Assembly (NCBI GenBank): GCA_038256845.1
Contig: JBBSJY010000001.1
Coordinates: 1-62,579 of the forward strand
Reading direction: 5' to 3'
Length of the DNA: 62,579 nt
Origin: Verrucomicrobiales bacterium
GTDB taxonomy: Bacteria; Verrucomicrobiota; Verrucomicrobiia; Verrucomicrobiales; Akkermansiaceae
The notes under the pieces are model-generated. The model searched no databases. It was not told where the DNA came from and saw only the letters and a program-made list of their open reading frames with translations. Made by a program: the position numbers and the translations under genes. How positions within the stretch are numbered: position 1 is the first letter of the stretch; every line of letters begins with the position of its first letter. This document shows positions 55,078 through 62,579 of this stretch, piece by piece.

Positions 55078-57597
55078 TCATTTGGTCAGGGTTTCGTCGA
55101 GGTTGAGGACCAACAGGCAGACGGTGGTCCATGCGGCGTGTTCGGCCGGATCGAGGTTTGCTTCAAGCGGCGCTTCGCCGGTCGCCGCGAGTTTGGCCGC
55201 TTCATCCGGACTGGCTGTGAAATGCTCGCGCGACTCGGCCAGGATTTTTCCCAGCGAGGTGATTTCGCGGGCTTCGGGTTCCCGGGCGGTGGCGGTGAGG
55301 ACAAGTTGGCGGAGTTTCGCGGTGTCGTCCGACAGTGGACCGAGGCGCTGCGCCCAAACTCTCGCGGCCTCGACGTAGGTGATATCGTTTAGGGTTGTTA
55401 GAGCTTGGAGCGGCGTGTTGGTACGGTGCGGCTCGAGCGCGCACACCTGCCGGGAAGGAGCGTCGAAGAAATTCGCGGGACCGGCGCTGCGACGCCAGAA
55501 GGTGTAGAGGCTGCGGCGGTGCAGGTCCTCGCCAGTTCCCTGGAAGTATCGGTTCTTGCCGAAGCTGATATCCTCCCAGATTCCCGGAGGCTGATAGGGC
55601 ATGACTGGGAAACCACCTTGCTTCTCGACGAGCAGTCCCGACAACGCGAGGGCCTGGTCGCGGATGAAGCGCGAGTCCAGCCGGAAGCGCGGACCGCGGG
55701 CGAGCAGCGCGTTTTCCGGATCGTTGGCAAGGAGCTCGGGATTGAGCGATGCCGACTGTTGATAGGTGCGGCTGGTAAGGATGAGCTTCACCATATGCTT
55801 CACGTCCCATCCGCTCTCGCGGAACTCGACGGCGAGCCAGTCGAGCAGTTCCGGATGCGAGGGAAGGGCGCCTTGCAGCCCGAAGTCGTCCGCGGTTTTC
55901 ACCAGTCCGCGTCCGAAGAATAGCTGCCAGAGACGGTTCACGACCACCCTTGACATGAGCGGCTGCCCGGGCGCGACGAGCCATTTCGCCAAGGCCAGGC
56001 GGTCGGCTTTCACCCCGTCCGGAAGCGGCGGCAGGAATGAAGGAGTGCCTGATTCCACCTTCTCGCCGGGTGTTTCATAGTTCCCCCGCAGGAGGATGTG
56101 GGATTCGCGCGGCTTGTCATCGCGCATGATCATGACAAGCGGGATCTTCTCCTGCACGCGGTCTTCGGCGATCTTCGCATTTTCAATCTCCTTTTTGAGC
56201 GCCTCGAATTCGGCATATTCCTGTTGCGCGAGGAACACATCCAGAACTTTCTGGGTATTTCCATCGAAGAGGTTGTCGAGCTTGATGCTTGAAACGGCAC
56301 GGCGGGCGAACTCCGCGGTCGGCCCCTGGATCCTCTCCTCAATCAAGGCAGGGGTAGCGATCATTTCCTCCACCCACTTCACGAACTGCGGATAGAAATC
56401 CGGCTTGCGGGCGACAAAGACGGCGGTCGCATGCTCGCGAACTTTCGCCGCCGCTTTCGACTCCGCATTCAAAGCATCATCCGCCAGCGAAATGTAGGGC
56501 GACTCCACGGCGTAGAGCTTGTCGTAATCGTCGCTGTAATCCTTCTTGCCAAACCGCTTTTCAGGATTTCCCGACTCGCCGACCTGGTTGAAGAACGCGT
56601 ACATCGAGAAGTAGTCGTTGTGCGTGATGGGGTCGAACTTGTGGTCGTGACACTGGGCGCAGGCCATGGTGAGTCCGAGCCAAGTGCCGCTGGTGGTGTC
56701 CACGCGGTCGAACACGTTTTTGGTGCGGTTTTCCTCAGGAATGGTGCCGCCCTCGGCGTTGATCATGTGGTTGCGGTTGAAGGCGGTGGCGACGAGCTGG
56801 TCCTGGGTCGGCTTTTCCAACAGATCACCGGCGAGTTGCTCGATGGTGAATTGGTCAAAGGGCATGTTCCCGTTGAACGCCTTCACGACCCAGTCGCGCC
56901 ACGGCCAGTTCATCCGGTAGGCGTCGCCCTGATAGCCGTTCGTGTCGGCGTAGCGGGCCACGTCCATCCAATCGACGGCCATGCGCTCGCCATAGCGCGG
57001 AGAGGCCAGCAGACGCTCGATGGACTCTTCATACGTATCGGTGGAAGTCTGCTCGATTACAGCCAGCGTGGGCGGCAGTCCGGTCAGGTCGAGTGAGGCT
57101 CTTCGGAGCAGCGCGCCGTCTTCCTCGCGAGGCGAAAAACCGAGGCCGTTTTGCTTGAGAGTGGATTCCACGAAATGATCGATCGCGTTCACACCCGCCG
57201 GCACCGGCGGACGGACCGGTGCGACAAACGCCCAGTGCGGTTCGTATTTGGCACCCTCGGAGATCCAGCGGCGGAGGATTTCCTTTTCCGCCGGGGTGAC
57301 GGATTTATTCGACTTCGGCGGCGGCATCAACACGTCCGGGTCATCGCTCAGGATGCGGGCGATGAGTTCGCTGTCATCGGGCTTGCCCGGAACAATAGCT
57401 TTGACGCCATCGATGTCGGCCGTCGCGCCTTCCGTGGTGTCGAGCCGCCGGTCGCCCTTGCGGTGGTTGGCGTCGGTGCCATGGCATTGGTAGCAGTTGT
57501 CGGAAAGGATGGGCCGCACTTCGCGGTTGAATGACACCCCGGCGGCGGCGGACAAGCCGCCGGCGATGATGAGAAAAGTGGTCACGAGCCGATACAT
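55078..57597 (-). CDS. Planctomycete cytochrome c / DUF1549 / DUF1553 (PSD1) protein
   Basis: FNREVRPILSDNCYQCH, HWAF, RR.SLDLTGLPP, CAQCHDHKFDP, HPELLDWLA, TNTPLQAL. Confidence 0.92.
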   Translation of the reverse strand: MYRLVTTFLIIAGGLSAAAGVSFNREVRPILSDNCYQCHGTDANHRKGDRRLDTTEGATADIDGVKAIVPGKPDDSELIARILSDDPDVLMPPPKSNKSVTPAEKEILRRWISEGAKYEPHWAFVAPVRPPVPAGVNAIDHFVESTLKQNGLGFSPREEDGALLRRASLDLTGLPPTLAVIEQTSTDTYEESIERLLASPRYGERMAVDWMDVARYADTNGYQGDAYRMNWPWRDWVVKAFNGNMPFDQFTIEQLAGDLLEKPTQDQLVATAFNRNHMINAEGGTIPEENRTKNVFDRVDTTSGTWLGLTMACAQCHDHKFDPITHNDYFSMYAFFNQVGESGNPEKRFGKKDYSDDYDKLYAVESPYISLADDALNAESKAAAKVREHATAVFVARKPDFYPQFVKWVEEMIATPALIEERIQGPTAEFARRAVSSIKLDNLFDGNTQKVLDVFLAQQEYAEFEALKKEIENAKIAEDRVQEKIPLVMIMRDDKPRESHILLRGNYETPGEKVESGTPSFLPPLPDGVKADRLALAKWLVAPGQPLMSRVVVNRLWQLFFGRGLVKTADDFGLQGALPSHPELLDWLAVEFRESGWDVKHMVKLILTSRTYQQSASLNPELLANDPENALLARGPRFRLDSRFIRDQALALSGLLVEKQGGFPVMPYQPPGIWEDISFGKNRYFQGTGEDLHRRSLYTFWRRSAGPANFFDAPSRQVCALEPHRTNTPLQALTTLNDITYVEAARVWAQRLGPLSDDTAKLRQLVLTATAREPEAREITSLGKILAESREHFTASPDEAAKLAATGEAPLEANLDPAEHAAWTTVCLLVLNLDETLTK

Positions 57598-57634
57598 ACA
57601 TTTCCAAAGTATCCACTCTGCCCGGGATTGTCGT

Positions 57635-58297
57635 TTACGAAGGTTCGTAAGGTGGCTCGGCATCGGCGATGAGCCGCTCCCGCACGGCGACCGAGACCGC
57701 GGCGGCGGCGCAGTTCACGTGCAGCTTGCGGTAAATGCTGCGTGTCACGTAGTCGGCGGTGTGCGGATTGAGACCGGTGGCGTCGGGGATCTGCTTGCGC
57801 GGCAGGCCGGCGGCCATGCACTTGAGCACCGCCTGTTCGCGCTCGGTGAGTCCGTAGTCCTTCTTCGCAGGGGCAAGCCGGGCGAACATCGCCAGAACCC
57901 GCGTGGCGACGCGTGGATTCATCGGCGAACCACCGGCGATGGCCTCGTCGATCGCGGCAATGACCTGCGCGACCGGCTGGGATTTCAGCAAGTACCCGGA
58001 CGCACCGGCACAGATGGCGCGGAAGATTTTGTCGTCATCCTCGAAGACCGTTAGAATCAGGATGTTCGCGCCCGGAGCCTTGCTTTTCAAATGCGCGATG
58101 CCTTCGATGCCGTCCATGCCCGGCAGCCCGACATCGAGCAGGACGACCTGCGGCGCGTCCTCCGGCTTGAGCACGGCCAACGCGTCCTCGCAATTTTCAA
58201 ACGCCTCGACGCGGTGGCGCTGCGGCGCCGCGGTCAGCGCCCGGCAGGTGCCGCGGCGGAATGCGGCGTTGTCTTCGATGATCCAGATGGATGCCAT
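57635..58297 (-). CDS. NarL/LuxR family response regulator
   Basis: IED, LLDVGLPGMDG, GASGYLLK, LTERE HTH, IYRKLHV. Confidence 0.92.
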   Translation of the reverse strand: MASIWIIEDNAAFRRGTCRALTAAPQRHRVEAFENCEDALAVLKPEDAPQVVLLDVGLPGMDGIEGIAHLKSKAPGANILILTVFEDDDKIFRAICAGASGYLLKSQPVAQVIAAIDEAIAGGSPMNPRVATRVLAMFARLAPAKKDYGLTEREQAVLKCMAAGLPRKQIPDATGLNPHTADYVTRSIYRKLHVNCAAAAVSVAVRERLIADAEPPYEPS

Positions 58298-58300
58298 GAT

Positions 58301-60247
58301 TCAGCAGTTAGGGATGGTGAGTAGAACGAGCGTGCCCGATCCGGGCGCGGACTCGATGGTGAAAGTTCCATTCAGCGACTTCGCCCGATCCCGCAGGCTG
58401 TGCAACCCCAGCCCGGCGGGCGCGGTGGCGACATCAAAACCACGGCCGTTGTCCTGGATCCGCAGTTCGAACAATCCGCCGGTGACGCCCGCGGAAATCT
58501 CCACCGAGTCGGCCCGCGCGTGGCGGACGACGTTGGTCAGCGCTTCCTTGAAAAACAGGAAAATCTGCCGCCGAGTGTCCATGCTCCAGGATGCCGGCAA
58601 ACGATCAGGCAGACGGACCCAGTGGATCGCACGCCCTGGCAGCAACCGCGCCGCCGCGGTCTGCATCTGGCTGCCGAGGTCGATGCCCATTTCCTGCCTC
58701 GCCCCGACGAGCCATAACACTTCGCGCATCGCCTCGCTGCTCTCCTGGGCGATGCGGTGGATTTCCTGCAAGTCCCCCTCGCTCTCCCCGCCCGGTTGCA
58801 CGGCGGTCTCGCTGAGCACCGCGATGCCTGCCAGATTGCTGCCGATTTCATCGTGCAGATCCCGCGCGAGCCGGGTGCGGAATTGCTCCTGTTCGTCCGC
58901 TCGAACGCGCCTCGCCCGCAGCCCCAGCGCGGCGACTCCCGCCGCCAGCAAGATCCCCGCCCCGGCTGCCGTCCATGCGGCCCGGCGCTCCGCCACGACG
59001 ACGCGGCCCGGCAGGAGCTTTTCCAATTCGCGGATCGAAGCATGGAGCGCTGACCGCCGCGCCCATTCGTCCAGCCACTGCGGGAGTTCCATGAGCCGTC
59101 CGTAACTCGTGAATCCATCGGTCAACTGGTTGATCGGCCGCGGGGGATCGCGCTTGGGATCCCCCGAGGTGGTCACCGCGGAGCCCGTGGAAACCCGCTG
59201 CCCGAAGGCCTGGACCTCAAGCTCCGAGAGCGCGAATTCGGGCACGGCGGCAATTTCGCCCTTTTCCATCACCACCCGCACGAAGCGCCCGGATTTGCCA
59301 TCGGCGCGGATCGTCACCGGGTTGTTCCCCGGGTTCGGATAGTCCTTGCCACCGGTTTCAAAAAGCACCCGGGCGTCCGCAAAATCCGCTTGGGTGGCGA
59401 GTTCCACCCGGAACTGAAGCGGAAAACGAAAACCCGGCACATCCGCCCCTTGGCGCGCGTGCAACGGATGGAGCCGCACCTCGTCCAAGGTCATTTCCTC
59501 GCCCAGATCCACCGCCATCCATGCAGGGATGCCATCCGCGGTGGTAGTGGCGAAAATCGCGTCGAACTCCGGCATCACACCATGCCGGATCGGCGGCCCC
59601 AGCGGTGTCCGCCCGTCAGTTAAATTGGATTGTTCCCATCGCGGCGGAAGATTCACCGAGTCCGATGATCCGACCGCTCCACCCAGCGCGATGTTCCGGT
59701 TTCCCTGCAAGGCCATCAACTCACCCAGCGCGACAAAGAATGTGTTGTTCTCCTCGGCTGGCTTGGTGACCGTCACACGAATGTAGCGTGCCTTGCAATC
59801 CGCCGGAATGACCACCGGCGCGACTCCGGGCGGCGGGAAATCATCATCCGTATGCACGAACAACGGAGTGAACTCGCCGAACGAGGCGTCGTCCGAAACA
59901 TCCACGCGAAAGCGCTTGGGAAAGCCATAGGCACCTCGGTCCACCGGTTGGAAATCGACGAGCACGGGGACGAGTGCGATGGTATCGATCTGTTGCGAGC
60001 TGCCGAGATCCACCTGCACCCACGGCGATTCCGGTGGCGGCGCCGGCTTCTGGTTGGTCTGATAGCCGAACTGCGGCGCGGTGTTTCCCACGACCGGGTC
60101 GCCCAATGCCACGAGTTCGGCACGGCGCTGTTCCAATCCGCGCTCCGTTGCGCGCAGTTCCGAGCTGAAAAGCCCGCGCCAATCCCCCGCTGCCGCGAGG
60201 TTCGACAGCGCGAGCAAGACGGCGAGTTGCGGAAGAATCACCCGCAT
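58301..60247 (-). CDS. Sensor histidine kinase with two F5/8 (discoidin)-like domains
   Basis: WVQVDLG/WMAVDLG, FP..FRV, R..RV; TM helix; ARDLHDEIG, KEALTN..RHA, DNGRGF, G.GL. Confidence 0.88.
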   Translation of the reverse strand: MRVILPQLAVLLALSNLAAAGDWRGLFSSELRATERGLEQRRAELVALGDPVVGNTAPQFGYQTNQKPAPPPESPWVQVDLGSSQQIDTIALVPVLVDFQPVDRGAYGFPKRFRVDVSDDASFGEFTPLFVHTDDDFPPPGVAPVVIPADCKARYIRVTVTKPAEENNTFFVALGELMALQGNRNIALGGAVGSSDSVNLPPRWEQSNLTDGRTPLGPPIRHGVMPEFDAIFATTTADGIPAWMAVDLGEEMTLDEVRLHPLHARQGADVPGFRFPLQFRVELATQADFADARVLFETGGKDYPNPGNNPVTIRADGKSGRFVRVVMEKGEIAAVPEFALSELEVQAFGQRVSTGSAVTTSGDPKRDPPRPINQLTDGFTSYGRLMELPQWLDEWARRSALHASIRELEKLLPGRVVVAERRAAWTAAGAGILLAAGVAALGLRARRVRADEQEQFRTRLARDLHDEIGSNLAGIAVLSETAVQPGGESEGDLQEIHRIAQESSEAMREVLWLVGARQEMGIDLGSQMQTAAARLLPGRAIHWVRLPDRLPASWSMDTRRQIFLFFKEALTNVVRHARADSVEISAGVTGGLFELRIQDNGRGFDVATAPAGLGLHSLRDRAKSLNGTFTIESAPGSGTLVLLTIPNC

Positions 60248-60355
60248 ACGCTGACAGGTCCGCGGTGCGGGAAAAAGTAGTTTGGCTGCTTCCGGTGGGT
60301 GGGGAAGAGAGGTTGGCCCTGTTAGCTGGAGAGCGGCCAAGAGATCCGCTTTTCT

Positions 60356-60385
60356 TGTTGCAAGTCATTCTCAATTGGCGATTGT
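60356..60385 (+). promoter_or_regulatory. Fur-box-like site
   Basis: TTGCAAGTCATTCTCAAT immediately upstream of feoA. Confidence 0.5.
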
Positions 60386-60394
60386 TCCGGTCGC

Positions 60395-60649
60395 ATGTCC
60401 TCTGCCCTCGCCCAGGATCTCAGCTTCGATAGCACACTGACGCTGAATCAGGTGAGTGTTGGCTGCGACGTGCGGATCCAAGTGCTCAGCGGCCCCGGCT
60501 GCGAGCGCCTGCGGGATTTGGGATTCTGCGAACAACTCCAAGTCCGGAAGCTGGCCGGCGGGCGCAATCTGATCTGCTCGATCTGCGGCACCCGCATGGC
60601 GATCAGCCGCGAGCTTGCCGAGCAGGTGCTAGTCTCCCCGGTCGGCTGA
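60395..60649 (+). CDS. feoA: Ferrous iron transport protein A
   Basis: RL.DLG, ..GTR.AISR.LA..V; directly upstream of feoB. Confidence 0.85.
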   Translation: MSSALAQDLSFDSTLTLNQVSVGCDVRIQVLSGPGCERLRDLGFCEQLQVRKLAGGRNLICSICGTRMAISRELAEQVLVSPVG

Positions 60650-60656
60650 TTTTCCC

Positions 60657-62549
60657 ATGAATCACGCCGCGGATGCTCCATCGACGGTCGTTCTGATCGG
60701 CAATCCCAACTCGGGAAAATCGACACTTTTCAACGCGCTCACGGGAGCCAACCAACGCATCGGCAACTATGCCGGCGTCACCGTGGAGGTCAAATCCGGT
60801 GAAGCCTACACGCCGCACGGCCGGAAAATCCGCCTGCTCGACGTCCCCGGCTGCTACTCGCTGCGCGCAAATTCCCCGGACGAAAAAGTCGCTCTGGACG
60901 CCCTCCGCGGTGAGCTCCCCGGCGAGCTGCCCCCGGACCTCGTGGTCTGCGTGGTGGACGCCTCGAATCTCGAACGCCACCTCCAGCTCGCCCTCCAGGT
61001 GGTGGAGCTGGGCCTGCCCTGCGTGCTCGCGCTCAACATGGTGGACGTGGCGGAAAAATCCGGACTGCGCCTCGACCCCGCCAAGATTTCCGAGGAAATC
61101 GGCATCCCGGTGGTGCCGATGCAAGCGAACGCCAAAAAAGGTCTCGTCGAGCTGAAACAGGCGATGCGACTGCCATTTCCCGCCACCCACCGGGCGGCGT
61201 GGGTCCGCTCGCCGGAGAGCGCGGAGGCGGATCGGCGGGAATGCATTGCGCGCATTTGCGATCTGGCCGCACGCCGGCCGGATGCGCATCAGCAGACGCT
61301 GTCCGACCGGATCGACAGCGTGCTGCTGCATCCGCTATTCGGCTGGATCGCGATGTTGGCGATCTTTTTCACGGTCTTCTGGTCGATCTTCTCCTTCGCC
61401 TCGATCCCGATGGGATGGATCGAGGAGGGCCAAGCCGCATTCGGCACTTGGGTCGGCACGCTGCTGGCGCAAGGCGACCTGCGCTCGCTGCTGGTGGATG
61501 GCGTCATCGGCGGCGTCGGCGGCGTGCTGATGTTCCTGCCGCAGATTGTGCTGCTTTTCCTGTTCATCGGCCTGCTGGAAAGCAGCGGCTACATGTCCCG
61601 CGCGGCCTATCTGATGGACGGCGTGATGGCCCGGGCCGGGCTCAGCGGGAAATCGTTCCTGCCGCTGTTCAGTTCGTACGCCTGCGCGATCCCCGGCGTG
61701 ATGGCCACGCGCACGATCGATTCCGCGAAGGAGCGCCTCGTCGCGATCTTCGTCGCGCCGTGGATGAGCTGCTCGGCGCGGCTGCCGGTTTATTTCCTGC
61801 TGATCCCGCTGCTGCTGCACGAACGGGAGGGCACGTGGAAACAGGCGCTCGTGCTCTTCGGCGTCTATGCCCTCGGCACGGCGACCGCGCTGCTCACCGC
61901 GCGGCTGCTGCGGCCGAGGTTGGGCGAGGACGTTTCGCCGCGGCATTTCCTGCTGGAGCTGCCGCCCTACCGCGCGCCGCAGTGGGGCTACATCCTGCGC
62001 CACGTTTTCGACCGCGGGTGGGCATTCGTGCGCAAGGCCGGCACCCTCATTCTCGGGCTCTCCATCCTGCTGTGGGCGCTGAGCACCTACCCGAAAAAGG
62101 AGGGTCTGGACGATACCGAGGCGCTCGCCCACAGCGCCATGGGCCGCATCGGCGCGGTCATCGAGCCGATCGTCAAGCCGCTCGGATTCGACGGCCGCAT
62201 GGGCACCGCCATCCTCACCTCCTTCGCCGCGCGCGAGGTCTTCAACTCGACGATGAGCATCCTCTACCGGGTGGAGGAAAGCGACGACGAGGTCGAAACC
62301 CGCAGCCTGCTGCGCGATCAGCTTGCCGCCGCGAAATGGCCGGACGGGCGGCCGATTTTCACGCCGCTCACGCTCGTCTCACTGCTGGTGTTCTTCGTTT
62401 ACGCCCTGCAATGCCTGCCAACCACCGCCGTGGTCATCCGCGAGGCCGGCTCGTGGCGCTGGGGCATCGGTCAGTTTTTCTTCATGTCCGCCTTCGCCTA
62501 TTTCGCGTCCCTCGCGGTCTATCAGATTGGCCGCCTGCTTGGCTTCTGA
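60657..62549 (+). CDS. feoB: Ferrous iron transport protein B
   Basis: GNPNSGKS, GNYAGVTVE, DVPG.YSL, NM.D, LESSGYM.RAA, MSCSARLPVY, FAARE. Confidence 0.95.
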   Translation: MNHAADAPSTVVLIGNPNSGKSTLFNALTGANQRIGNYAGVTVEVKSGEAYTPHGRKIRLLDVPGCYSLRANSPDEKVALDALRGELPGELPPDLVVCVVDASNLERHLQLALQVVELGLPCVLALNMVDVAEKSGLRLDPAKISEEIGIPVVPMQANAKKGLVELKQAMRLPFPATHRAAWVRSPESAEADRRECIARICDLAARRPDAHQQTLSDRIDSVLLHPLFGWIAMLAIFFTVFWSIFSFASIPMGWIEEGQAAFGTWVGTLLAQGDLRSLLVDGVIGGVGGVLMFLPQIVLLFLFIGLLESSGYMSRAAYLMDGVMARAGLSGKSFLPLFSSYACAIPGVMATRTIDSAKERLVAIFVAPWMSCSARLPVYFLLIPLLLHEREGTWKQALVLFGVYALGTATALLTARLLRPRLGEDVSPRHFLLELPPYRAPQWGYILRHVFDRGWAFVRKAGTLILGLSILLWALSTYPKKEGLDDTEALAHSAMGRIGAVIEPIVKPLGFDGRMGTAILTSFAAREVFNSTMSILYRVEESDDEVETRSLLRDQLAAAKWPDGRPIFTPLTLVSLLVFFVYALQCLPTTAVVIREAGSWRWGIGQFFFMSAFAYFASLAVYQIGRLLGF

Positions 62550-62552
62550 CCC

Positions 62553-62579
62553 ATGGACTGGCAAACGCTCACCGCCCTC
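62553..62579 (+). CDS. Start of probable FeoB-associated small membrane protein (partial)
   Basis: MDWQTLTAL begins 3 nt after the feoB stop and runs off the window. Confidence 0.5.

Noticed and set aside
19957-59105. Many long antisense ORFs (e.g. 19957-21312, 25882-26961, 41701-42636, 57903-59105)
   Set aside because: Shadow ORFs expected in high-GC DNA, lying opposite well-supported genes and lacking motifs
1-62579. CRISPR array, prophage or intact integrase/transposase
   Set aside because: No regularly spaced repeats and no recognisable cas, phage structural or recombinase motifs

Overview
High-GC bacterial chromosomal segment. The gene content (PEP-CTERM protein, DUF1549/DUF1553/DUF1501 cluster, DUF1080, discoidin-domain kinase) suggests Verrucomicrobiota, Luteolibacter/Haloferula-like; this is an inference. 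The left half holds the tail of a xanthine-dehydrogenase-family module (MoCo subunit, XdhC, MocA), a pseudaminic-acid surface glycan cluster (pseB/C/F-like/G-H/I), an IS256 remnant, a gluconolactonase, a PIN toxin-antitoxin pair, nth, a YtrA/YtrB-like ABC operon, sbtA/sbtB, PadR with a HAAS-VIT-PEP-CTERM protein, comF flanked by two CPBP proteases, an MsbA-like ABC exporter and priA. The right half holds an ankyrin-L,D-transpeptidase, a secreted Lon-like protein, mnmG/cdd carrying three parS palindromes, a pdhA-pdhB-pdhC region interrupted by small lipoprotein genes (including a 24-aa ORF ending CCCLF), a candidate oriC, an FAD-oxidoreductase/FMN-binding/ApbE flavinylation operon, tRNA-Arg(ACG), an eroded DUF1549-NHL-DUF1501 operon split by a TA cassette, a two-component system and feoA-feoB. 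No CRISPR array, rRNA or intact transposase/integrase was seen. All family calls come from motif recognition by eye, not from database searches.
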